Part shown: one piece after another, positions 26,061-36,800 of the stretch
Layout: the number at the start of each line of letters is the position of its first letter
Position numbering within the stretch: the first letter of the stretch is position 1
Origin: a virus
DNA: 64,000 bases
Strand: one strand, 5' to 3'
IMG/VR virus record: IMGVR_UViG_3300045996_001242
Location: 1 to 64,000 of that record
The notes under the pieces: generated by a model
Database searches by the model: none
What the model saw: the letters and a program-made list of their open reading frames with translations, nothing else
What the model was told of the DNA's origin: nothing
Position numbers and translations under genes: made by a program

Positions 26061-28124
26061 ATGGCCGAGGAAGTCGCCGTCGCTTCCGTCGTCTACAACA
26101 TGGCCGGCGACGAAGCCGATCGACCAAGCTACCTCAAGAGCCTGGTCATCCAGCAGCAGTTCGGCCGCTACAAGAGCTCGATCAGCGAGGCAATCACGAG
26201 TGGCCTCCTCAATGGGCCGGCGATGCGCTTGCGCTCCTTCTTTCGTTGGGCTCGAGACAACGGCGACTTCGACCTGATCGGGCTCCCATCAGGGGAGCTC
26301 GAACGATCGACGGAAGCCGACGAACCTCTGCTCATCGCGGCAATCGAGGAGGACAACCCGACCATTGTTGTCGACGACATCACAGAATCCGCAACTGGCG
26401 CTCCGTCTCCGCTCTGGTGGGCCGCGCGATGGATCCTGGAAGAACTGGGGGAAGCCTGGCTCTCAAGTGAGTGGAGCGCCTCGATCGACTCCGCCGGCGA
26501 ATTCATCACGATCATCGTCGAAGGAGAGGTGGCCGATGTCATTGCGGCCGTCGATCCAGTCTATGACTCGACGGCGTGGTATGCCTACGCCATGTACGAG
26601 ATCAACCCGAGCGGGGTTGGGGTCTGGATCTACAAGGAGGGTGGGGGTCACCCCGAGATCGATGCCCTCGTCGGAGCTGGCCTCGACATGGGCAGCTTCT
26701 TCCCACACATACCGGTCCGGCTGAACAACAACTTCCTGTCACCAAGCTTCGGCCCGCTCACGTATGCGGCGGCCTCCGCGGCCTATAAGAAGGCGACGGG
26801 TGGCGCCAAGTTCGACGAGCTCGTCGACATCATCGCCGACAACGAGGATATCGGTGACATCGACCACGCCTATATCGTCTTCGGCGTCTCGCTCAACGTC
26901 CTCGAGAACCAGTGTCGGAAGTACCTCTACCAGTTCTTCGAAACCCTGCGCGGCTCGCAGTCCGGTGGGGCCAGTGCCTATGACGACTGGGTTGCCCGGG
27001 GAAAGACGGACACGCCGCTGAACAGCCTCAAGGTGAGGACCTCTATCACTGGCACGGCGCCCTTCGATTTCCGGATCAGGTGGCGGTTCATCACCGAGAT
27101 CACCGGCAGCGGGCTCGGCAAGGTCGACGCTGAAGTTGGTGACTACTGGGTCCAAAAAGCCGGCACCGTCGACGGCTACCTGAATGCCCGCATTTACTGG
27201 CAAGAGACCGCGAGCTCATATCGCTATCTCTCGCTGCTGGGCATGGAGCACCGCAACTACGTCTACGGCTCCTCGGCTGTGGTCATCACCACTCACCAGG
27301 CGATCGACGACCTGGAGGACTCGGGCTTCATCGTCCCCCTCAACTACGAGCTCTGGCGGGAGATGAGCCTGGTGTCGACGTCGCAGATGGCGACGGCGTG
27401 CATGTTCATCGTCTTCAACTGCTTCGAGGTCCACGTCCAGCAGTGGTACGAGACGTTCCTCTTCAAGATCCTGCTGGTCGTCGTCATCGCCGTTGTCAGC
27501 GTGGTGCTCACCGGTGGCGTCGGCACAGTCGGCCTCCTGGGCAGTGCTCTCTCGCTTGGTTCCGCCCTGGGCTTCACCGGCATCACCGCGGCGATCGTCG
27601 GCTCGGTCGTCAATGCCCTGGCGGCAATGCTCCTGGTCTCGCTGCTGCAGCCGTTCCTCGAGCAGGTTGCAGGTCCCCTGGCTCCCGTCGTCATGGCGGT
27701 CCTGATGTTCGCCATCGGCCAGGCGGCCGGATCCCTGACGCAGACCGGCGTCCTCTCCATCAACTGGGCGGATCTGCTTAGGGTCGACAACCTCCTGGCA
27801 ATGACCAGCGCCGTGGGCCAGGGCGTCACCAATGCCATCAACGCCGACACCCTGGCGCTCCAGCAGCAGGCCCTCGATATTATGCAAAATGCCGAGGCTG
27901 AAGCGCTGAAAATACAGCAAGCATTTTTCGATAAATTCGGCTATGGTGCTGCGGCTATAGATCCTCTCCTCTTCGTCGACGCCCTCAAGGCGCCCGTCGC
28001 AGAGAGCTCCGACACCTTCCTCCACCGGACCCTGATGACCGGAAGCGAGATTGCGGAGATGTCACGAGAGCTCCTCTATGACTTCCCGACGTACAGCCTG
28101 AAGCTGCCCGACGCATTTACCTGA
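26061..28124 (+). CDS. N4 gp53-like structural protein with C-terminal hydrophobic helices
   Basis: VASVVYNMAGD, DIDHAYIVFGVSLN, FNC....QQWY followed by a TM-like region. Confidence 0.8.
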   Translation: MAEEVAVASVVYNMAGDEADRPSYLKSLVIQQQFGRYKSSISEAITSGLLNGPAMRLRSFFRWARDNGDFDLIGLPSGELERSTEADEPLLIAAIEEDNPTIVVDDITESATGAPSPLWWAARWILEELGEAWLSSEWSASIDSAGEFITIIVEGEVADVIAAVDPVYDSTAWYAYAMYEINPSGVGVWIYKEGGGHPEIDALVGAGLDMGSFFPHIPVRLNNNFLSPSFGPLTYAAASAAYKKATGGAKFDELVDIIADNEDIGDIDHAYIVFGVSLNVLENQCRKYLYQFFETLRGSQSGGASAYDDWVARGKTDTPLNSLKVRTSITGTAPFDFRIRWRFITEITGSGLGKVDAEVGDYWVQKAGTVDGYLNARIYWQETASSYRYLSLLGMEHRNYVYGSSAVVITTHQAIDDLEDSGFIVPLNYELWREMSLVSTSQMATACMFIVFNCFEVHVQQWYETFLFKILLVVVIAVVSVVLTGGVGTVGLLGSALSLGSALGFTGITAAIVGSVVNALAAMLLVSLLQPFLEQVAGPLAPVVMAVLMFAIGQAAGSLTQTGVLSINWADLLRVDNLLAMTSAVGQGVTNAINADTLALQQQALDIMQNAEAEALKIQQAFFDKFGYGAAAIDPLLFVDALKAPVAESSDTFLHRTLMTGSEIAEMSRELLYDFPTYSLKLPDAFT

Positions 28125-28128
28125 TGGT

Positions 28129-28566
28129 GTGACCATGACCCCCAACGACCTGAACTTCGGACTTCCTGCCTGGGGCGCTGGCGCTTCCAACCCGGTGGCT
28201 GCCTGGATGCAGGCTTCCGCGAGCCCGAGCGCAGCTCCTGCGGCTTCGACCCCCAACTGGCTCACGGGCTCCAGCCCGGGCGGCATGGGCGGTCTCGGCT
28301 TCAACCTCGACACCGGCAAGCTGGTCCTTGGTGGGCTTCAGACCATTGGCTCCCTCTGGCAGGCTTTCGAGGCCAACAAGCTGGCCAAGGAGCAGTTCAA
28401 GTTCGGCAAGGACTTCGCTAACGTGAACCTCGCGAATTCCATCCAGTCTTACAACACCCAGGTCGACAACATCGGCCGCTCCCGCGCCGTGACCGAAGGT
28501 CAGTCGCCCGAGCAGGCCGCAGCCTGGCTCGCCACCAACAAGCTTCCCGATCGCAAGATCGGCTAA
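28129..28566 (+). CDS. N4 gp52-like small internal virion protein
   Basis: ANKLAKEQFKF and NLANSIQSYNT; synteny. Confidence 0.8.
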   Translation: MTMTPNDLNFGLPAWGAGASNPVAAWMQASASPSAAPAASTPNWLTGSSPGGMGGLGFNLDTGKLVLGGLQTIGSLWQAFEANKLAKEQFKFGKDFANVNLANSIQSYNTQVDNIGRSRAVTEGQSPEQAAAWLATNKLPDRKIG

Positions 28567-28580
28567 TCCAGGACACGAGA

Positions 28581-30701
28581 ATGGCCCCGCTCACCTGGCG
28601 CGAAGTCGCCGCCCCCAACTTCGCCGGCGTCTCCGAGTCGCAGCGCCTTGCCGGCACGCTCCTGAACACGGGCTTCGACAGCGCCATCAAGGCGCTCGAG
28701 GGCTTTGGCACCGCCCAAGGCAAGGCAGTGGACAGCGAGTTCATGTCGCGCATTGCCAGCTACGGCAACGACACCAAGAGCCTGTTCCGCGACCTCAATA
28801 ACGGCACGATCTACGACGGCCTGACTCGGGGCGGCATCTCGGCGGATGCCTATAAGTTCGGCCTGGGTCGGGAAGCCGACGTCCTTGCCAACACCCAGAC
28901 GGGTGTCCAGACCGAGGGCATGCGGCTCAACAACCAGAACCAGGGCCTGGTCAACGACCAGCTCGCCTTCAACAACCAGACGCTCCGCGGCTATGAAGCG
29001 GCCCGGCCGGCGGCTGTGGACCTGGTCAACCAGATCCGCACGTTCTCCGCTGACGGCACCCCCGAAGGCCGAGCCAAGGCCCGGGAGCTCACTCTCGCTG
29101 GATCCAAAGTGCTGGCCGACGCCGGCTATACGACTGACGACATTGCCGGCCTCATCAACGGCAACCTCTCGACGACCGAGGCGGGCGTTGGGACCAATAC
29201 GACCCTGCGCAACCAGGGTGATGCGGTCCGCCTGCATGGCGAGGAGGCCGAGGCCCGGAACCTCTATGAGCAGGTGATCCAGGCCGCCGGCGGCGACGTC
29301 GGTGCAGCCGAGCGCCTCATCCGGGAGAACCTGGGGAGCATCAACCCGCAGGTGGCGACGCTTACCCTCTCCATGCTTGGCTCCGATGGCGCCAAGCTCC
29401 TCCAGAGCCCCGACACCAATGCGGCGTCCTACCTGCTGCAGGCGACGGTCGATGCCCAGCAGAGCGGTAACTCCGCCGCCCCGCTTCAGGGCCTTATCGT
29501 CGGCACCGAAAGCGGCCGCGGTGGCTACTCGGCCCTCTATGGCCAGGCGCAGGAACCCGGCGGCGCTTTTGCGGGCGCCGACGTCACCAAGATGACGCTG
29601 GACCAGATGGACCAGTTCGAGCAGAGCGGCTACGGCGACTGGGTCAAAGACCAGGTCGGCCGTACGGCTACGCCGGCGGGGATGTACCAGATCGTGGGCG
29701 ACACCCGCCGCCAGGTTGCCAAGGAAATGGGCCTGTCGGGCGACACCCTGTTCAACCAGGCGACCCAGGATGCGATGTTCCAGCACCTGGTCAATAAGCG
29801 CCTCTCTAGCGCCGACAGCATGGCAGGCAAGATGGCCGGCCTTCGCCAGGAATGGGAGGGTTTCAAGCAGGTTCCCGATCGTGAGCTCCGTGCGGCCATT
29901 GAGGCCTACGAGAGTGGCGATCGCAATGCCCTGACCGGCGCCTCGCCACTCGGGCCTGATCCACGTGAAACCGTCGCGGCTTTCGACGCAGCGTTGAACA
30001 AACGCGGCGCATTGTCCACGAATGAGAACGAGGCCCTTTTCACGGGCGCCCAGGAGCTCGCCAATCAGGCCGCTTCGGTCATGGACGCGATGACGGTCGA
30101 CGGGCTGTTCGGGACCAGTGCCCTGGCCTCGAACCTGCTCGACCCCTCCCTGGCTCGCGAGAGCCAGTCCTCCAGCGTTGCCCGCGTCCGGGCCGCCCTG
30201 GGCGAGGGGATCGACATCGCCGATCCGGAGCTCACGGACAACATCAACCAGATCAAGGACCGGTATGGCCTTTCCTTCGGCCAGGCCGCGGTCATCCTCG
30301 AGAACTCCGTCCATCAGGAGCCGTGGGTCCTCAAGTGGATCCAGGGCAATGCCAACGTCGACTTCGGCAAGGAGATGGATGCTCTCGTCAACCAGGTCTA
30401 CAATAAGGACGGCAAGACCAAGGGCCAGAAGTTTGCCCCGGCCATGGATCTTCTCGAGACCGCCCGGGCCAAGGAGAATGCTGCCTCCACCCTCGAGCAG
30501 ACCCAGGGGCTCGTGCAGGCGGCGCAGCAGCGCTACGTCAACCTTCTCAATTCCGTGCGAACCCGCCGGAACCCGACGCCGCTCCTGCAGCAGGAGCTTG
30601 AGCGGGCGCAGCTCGAATACCAGGCGCTGCTTGGCCAGCTCGAGCAGACGATCAGCCGGATCGACAGCGATCCCACGGTCGGTTTCAACATCCAGGAATA
30701 A
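28581..30701 (+). CDS. N4 gp51-like ejection protein with lysozyme-like domain
   Basis: LTWREVAAPNF N-terminus; GTESG..GYSALYG, TPAGMYQIV, TQDAM and LRQEW muralytic motifs. Confidence 0.85.
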   Translation: MAPLTWREVAAPNFAGVSESQRLAGTLLNTGFDSAIKALEGFGTAQGKAVDSEFMSRIASYGNDTKSLFRDLNNGTIYDGLTRGGISADAYKFGLGREADVLANTQTGVQTEGMRLNNQNQGLVNDQLAFNNQTLRGYEAARPAAVDLVNQIRTFSADGTPEGRAKARELTLAGSKVLADAGYTTDDIAGLINGNLSTTEAGVGTNTTLRNQGDAVRLHGEEAEARNLYEQVIQAAGGDVGAAERLIRENLGSINPQVATLTLSMLGSDGAKLLQSPDTNAASYLLQATVDAQQSGNSAAPLQGLIVGTESGRGGYSALYGQAQEPGGAFAGADVTKMTLDQMDQFEQSGYGDWVKDQVGRTATPAGMYQIVGDTRRQVAKEMGLSGDTLFNQATQDAMFQHLVNKRLSSADSMAGKMAGLRQEWEGFKQVPDRELRAAIEAYESGDRNALTGASPLGPDPRETVAAFDAALNKRGALSTNENEALFTGAQELANQAASVMDAMTVDGLFGTSALASNLLDPSLARESQSSSVARVRAALGEGIDIADPELTDNINQIKDRYGLSFGQAAVILENSVHQEPWVLKWIQGNANVDFGKEMDALVNQVYNKDGKTKGQKFAPAMDLLETARAKENAASTLEQTQGLVQAAQQRYVNLLNSVRTRRNPTPLLQQELERAQLEYQALLGQLEQTISRIDSDPTVGFNIQE

Positions 30702-30755
30702 TCAGATAATCGCCAGACGATTTTCTTCTGGCGTAAATCACGGATTTAGGTAAAA

Positions 30756-30786
30756 GTGGGGGCTCAAAAGGTCCCCACATTTTCCT
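30756..30786 (+). terminator. Terminator-like hairpin immediately before the vRNAP gene
   Basis: GTGGGGG-N9-TCCCCAC followed by ATTTTCC. Confidence 0.4.
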
Positions 30787-30804
30787 TATAATCCAGAGCG
30801 GGTA

Positions 30805-33800
30805 ATGGCCGACTTCAACATCCTCGATCCGTCGACGTGGCTCCCTTCGCAGGCCCCGGCGGCGCCAACGCCTGCCAATGCAGTGATCAACGGCGTCGAG
30901 GACCCCGGTCTTCCCCTTCCTGGTTCCGTCGCAGCGCCCGCGCCGGCTCCCGCCGCCCCAGTCCAGCCGCAGATGTCCGAAGCCGATAAGCTCCGGGCCG
31001 ACATGCTGCAGATCAACGCGGCGCTCGGGGATCCGGACGCCATGGCGGCGCTCGCCCTGTCCGAGCAGCGGGGCAACGGCCTCACTGCCAACAACCAGCT
31101 GCTCAACGACTTCGAAGGACTGACCCCGGTCCAGTTCCAGCAGAAGTACGGCGTCGGCACCTATCGGCGCCTGGTGACGTCCCGCATGCGTTCCCGCGAG
31201 GTTGTGGCCGATGCCAATCCCGATAGGGATCTCACCACGACGCTGTCCGACATCGGGATCGATGCCCTCGAGGGCGTGAACCAGACGGCCTATGGGGTCG
31301 CCGCAGCCGCCGTGCAGGCAGGTCTCGGACCTGGTCGTCCCAAGGACTGGCTACTCGAGCAGATCTCCGGGCTCTCCGCGGACCAGACGGCCCGTACCCG
31401 CCGGCTCGAAAGCGAGGAGCTCGCCGAGCACCGCCGTTATGACTCGATCCGTACGGCGCTCGATGATCTCGATGCCAAGGTGGCCAGCGGAGCCGACCAC
31501 GCCGACGACAGCAACTTCATCGACAATCTAGCCAGCTACGGCCGAGACTACCTCCGGGGCGCCGTCGATGCCGGCGGTCGCCTCATCGAAGATCCGACCA
31601 TGGCTGGAGCCCTGGCGGCTGAGGGCGTTGGTTCCCTCGCCGTGGGCGGGCCGCTCGCCAAGACCCTTTCGACGACTGCCCGGGCTGCAGGCCTCGCCGG
31701 CCGCGGCGCCGCCGAGCTGAGTGAAGAGGCGCTCACCAGGGCCATGTTCCCGGGTGGCATTGCCGCCATGGAAGCAGGCGGTGCTGCGATGCAGGCCGAG
31801 CAGGAAGTGCTCGCCATGACCGAGGGCCAGCTCCTCGAGAGCCCCAACTATCGCGAGCTCCTCCAGAACGGGTACACTCCCGAGGAAGCCCGGGCCCGGC
31901 TTGCGACGATCGCTGGCTCCATTGCTTCGGTGCCGGCGGCGCTCACCGGCGCCCTGACCGGTAAGCTCGTCGAGGGGATCGAACTTCGTCCTTTGCGTGC
32001 CGCTGGCCCGGCCGGCCTTGCCGTCAATGCCGGCAAGGAGACCGTCGAGGAAAGCATCCAGTCGACTGTCGGCCAGCTGGCCAGCAACACCGGTGTGGCG
32101 CTCTCCGGCGCCGACCCCGACAAAGATCTCGGCGAAGGACTGGGCCGGGCCACCGTCGAGGGTGCAGTTGCCGGTGCCGGCACGACGCTCCTGACGCAGG
32201 GACCTGGCGTTGCTCTTTCGACAGCAGCCAAGTCGATCGGCGCCACCATCACGTTCCCGGCCAAGGTCATCCGCGGCCTTGGCGAACGCAATCTCGCCGA
32301 GCGGGCTGCTGCGTCGCCGGTCTCCGCAGAGAGCATGGCTCCTGCCGTGCAGACGGCTGCCGAGCAGGCGCCGGCTGTGGCCGAGACGCTGCGCACCGTG
32401 GCCACTGAGCAGGGAGCCAGTGGAGCGGAAGTCGATAGCTACATCGAGAGCGTCCAGCAGGCTTCGCAGATCCAGCAGGCCGATGCTGCAATGATGCCGG
32501 CCATTCTCAAGGCCAAGCTCAAGGAAGCCCGTGATGTGCTGGGCAGGCTGCCCAACCGCTTCGAGGCGCTCCATGTCGCGGCGGTCCTCGCCGGCGACAA
32601 GTCGGCCGACCAGGACGATCGTACCGCAGCGGCGACCTTCATCCTCAAGAACATCGAGGCGAACCGGAAGCTCTTTGGCGAGCTCCCCACCTTCCTCGAG
32701 AACATCCCGTCCGATCGCCCGGAGTTCAAAGCCTTCAGCGATTACGCGGCGACGCTCGTCGCAATCGACCAGGAACCCGCTGTCCGCGATGCGGTGAAGT
32801 GGGCCCAGGAGGAGATGCAGCAGGCCGACCGGGATCTCTCCGCGGTCGATCTCAAGACGCCCGAAGGCCAGACCATCGTCGCCCAGGCTGTGCAGATGGC
32901 AGCGGTTGCACCGCAAGCGGTGAGCCCCAACGTCGCCGACCAGATCCTGCATCAGGCCGAGAAGGGCACGGCAACCCTCACCCCCGAGCAGCGCCGCATT
33001 CTTGCCGGTGCCTCGGCGATGAAGAAGGCCTCCGCTACCGCAGCCCAGGAGCTCGATGAAGATCCGGTCCAGCTGGTGGGCCGCCAGATCGAAACCGAGG
33101 GCGGAACTAAAGCCCATCAGATGGCCCTAGTTCAGCACGTCGCTGGCATCAATGAGGCTGTCGAGGCCGGCGACACGAAGACGGCGCAGGCTCGCATCAA
33201 CTCGCTGGGCATGTTTGCGCGCTCGATGCGCAACAAGGTTCAGGCGTTCAACACCGCGATCCAGAACGGCGATCGCAAGCGTGTGCCGTATCAGTCACTG
33301 GGTCGGGACGGCTGGCTGCCGAAGGACGAGTATTTCAGCGTCTTCTTCAACCCTGGCTCCGAGGCCTCCGAGCGCCTGGCTCGCCGGGTCCATGCCGAGG
33401 CGGCAATGATCGCAACCGTCGCCAACGAGTACGCCCGCCAGTTCCCCGAGCTGGGGATCCAGGAGGTGGCAATCCCGGCGCTCCGTCCGATGCCGGCCAA
33501 GGCCGAGTCGGCGGTTGAGAAAAATGATAAAAGGGGAGGCGCGACGTCGGAGGCGGCTGCTCCGTCCCAGGCTACCACGTCCAGGACAGAGGCCGCTCCC
33601 AAGCAGTCGGAGCCTCCCCTTCAGCCACCTGCGCCGACCAGGGAACCCGAGACGGCCGCTCCGGCTGTGGAGCCAGTCGCCTCAGAGGATTCTACCAATC
33701 AGCGTCAGGATGACGAACAGCCGGCCGAACCCCAGGTGGAGGTCGTTGCTGAGCCTGAGACCCAGCCGGCTGAAACAGTTTCGCAGGTTTCGGAGCCAGT

Positions 33801-36800
33801 TGCTACCAAACCCGAAGAAACCGCTGACGCTACGCCAGCGGCGATTGATGAGTTCGTGGATCCGCCGCCGTTCGTCGAGCCTACGATCGAGCAGCTGTTC
33901 CCGAACCTGGTTCAGCCCAAGGGCCGGAACTTCTTCCTCAAGGCCTTCCGCCTCCCGCAGGTACGGGCATCCCGTATCCTCGGCATGACGGCGCCGCTGC
34001 GTGAGTTCATCGGGGCCCTCTCGGATGGCGGCCGCCTGGTCGAGTGGCTGGGCGCCGATCGCAACGCCAACCTCAAGTATCGCGTGGATCCAGAGGACCG
34101 CGCCAACCTCGGCCAGCTGATGAAGATCGGCGTCGAGGTCCGCACCCTGATGCGGGATCGCCTCTTCAAAGTGCTCACCAGCCAGGAGGAGAAGGGCAAG
34201 CCGACCTACGTCGAGATGCTGGCTTCCGGCCGGGAGATCAACCAGTGGCGCCGCTTCCGTGCCCTGAACATTTTCGAGAAAACCGAAAAGGGTTATCTCT
34301 ATAATCAGTCCCTGGTCGAGGGGGCGATCCTCGCCGGCTTCGACTGGCTCCTCAATGCCGCCGATCGCAGCGTGCCCATGACCCGGCAGGATGTGGCGCA
34401 GCTGCTCGGGATCGATGAGGACACGGTCACCGATGACCAGGTCAAGGCGCTCAATAACGGCCTCTCGCTCGACATGGCGGTGCGCTCGCTCGCTGACAAC
34501 ATCCGCAAGTTCTGGGGTGTCGAAGCCAACAAAGACATGCCCGAGGATTACGTACGCGGGATCCCGCAGGCTGTGGCGCTCGAGGTGCTGCACGCCTTCG
34601 CCGAGATCGAGGTCAACATCGGGGAGGAGTCCTCTCCGCTTCTCGAGCTCGGCATCAAGTTCAGCGACGACAACGACAAGCGTCTGGCCTTCCCCGACGT
34701 CACCCACAAGAAGTTCAACCGGGTCTACTTCGACAAGCGCTCCGATGGCCTGAAGGAATACCTCCAGTCCCTCAACGGCGTCAGCAACCTGATCGCCGAC
34801 ATGGCGCTCATCGGGCGTGAGGTCGAGGGCTTCGCCTTCGAGCCGATCACTGAGGTCGACCAGGCCCAGTTGCGCAATCACCTGGTTCCGACCACGGCGC
34901 AGCAGAAGCAGGCCCTGGCCAATACCCAGGCAGCGCCGCACTACCCGAACCTGCCGATGTTCGACTTCATCACGGCGATGGGCGAGGAAGCCTTCGTCAC
35001 GCTGATGAGCAAGCGGCCCTACAAGAAGGGCGACCTCAAAAAGACCCATCGCGATATGGGCCTCAACAAGAACCACTGGAGCTCGCTCCAGGGCCTGCAG
35101 CGCCAGCTCGCATCTTCGTTCGAGCATGTGGCCAAGCAGATGGCGCAGCTCCAGAAGCACGGCGCCGATGCCGCGGTCTACTACAAGCACCACGTCAACA
35201 AGCTCGGCCGCCTGCAGATGGCGGGCCTCAGCAATCCGCAGAGCGACAAGCTCGCTCGCGAGATCTTCATGCCGACCCGGACCAGGCTCGATCTTTCCAA
35301 GCCCGGGAACGGAGACTTCCTCAAGTTCCTGATGACGATCGGCCAGGGCATCGGCCTGAAGACCGAGAAGGAGCCCCGGCGGGCCATCCTCAAGAAGGTC
35401 GTCGAGTCGACGATGACCGACGATGGAGCGCTGCGTCCTCTGGTCCTGGCTCTCAAGACCTGGCTCGAGGCTCGTGCCGCCGGCCAGGATACGACGATCC
35501 CGGCAGCGACCACTGAGCTGCTGACGGCGGCCGGGCTCTCGATGCACGGCATCCACTCGCTCATCACCGTCGCCCGCTACGAGCTCGATCGCGATGCTGG
35601 TCGGGACCTGACCCAGTTCGAGACGATGACCTACCTCGAGGCCGATGGCAAAACCAACGGCCCGATCAATTCGCTGATGCTCTACGGCAACGACGAGATC
35701 ACTCCCACCTGGCTCAAGACCGTGGCCAAGGGCGGTGCCTTCTTCGGGAAGCTGGGCAAGACGCTCAACTCCCACACGGAAGATGGCGAGGCCTTCAAGG
35801 ATCTCTACGAGGAAGGCGCGCTCGGCACCAACGATCGTGTAGCCGATCTCGGCCGTGCCATCCAGGCGAACGGCAACACCGCCGCCGGCGATCTCTTCAA
35901 GTCGTTCCAGCGGGTGCTGGCGGCGCTCGACGCCAACGTCGAGGTCGATCCCACGACCAAGGAGATCACCATCAAGCGTGGGATCACCAAGAACCCGCTG
36001 ACGATCACCATCTATGGTTCCGGCGCCAAGGGCATCGCCGGCAAGATCACCGACGAGCTGCTCGCTGCAATGTACGAGGCGCTATCGGCCTCGACCGAGA
36101 AGGACAGCCCCCGGGCCGGTGAGCTCATCTACGAGGGCGTCGAAGGCGCCGACTTCACGTCGGACCTGCAGGCGCTTCTCTCGGGTGTGCTCCGCAAGAA
36201 CAAGAAGGGCGAGTATTTCGTCGGCCGGGACAACGATCCCGATCTCAAGATCCGCGGCAATGCGCTCGACTTCACCCTGAGCCGCAAGCAGCGCGAGAAC
36301 CTCCGGGCCAACATCCAGGCGATGCTGGTGAAGCCGATGCGTGAGGCGATCAACGAGACGGTCACGACGCACGTGAGCGCCGTCACGGACTCGATGCAGC
36401 AGGCGACGCAGATCCAGTCTGTGTTCCTGCGCGCCATGTTCATCGACAAGCTCACGCACCGGCTGGCCATGAAGCAGGCCAGCCCGGAGAAGTTCGGCTA
36501 CATCAAGGGCGAGTTCCTCTCCCAGGCCGAGCTCGACGACATCATCAAGAGCCTGATGCCGTTCTCGCCGGTCATGAGCACCGGCACCCAGAGCTACTTC
36601 CTTTCGGGTGGCGAGACGTCGAACCTGCTCTCCCGCGAGGAAGAGCAGGCGGACGGGACGACCAAGACGATCCACGTCAAGATCGAGATCGCCGGCCAGG
36701 AGTTCGAGGTCCCGATGCCGGAGACCTTCGCCCGCTCGCTGACTGACGACATGTCGACGCCGGCCTTCACCTATGGTCCGACCCAGGCCGGCGTTAAGGC

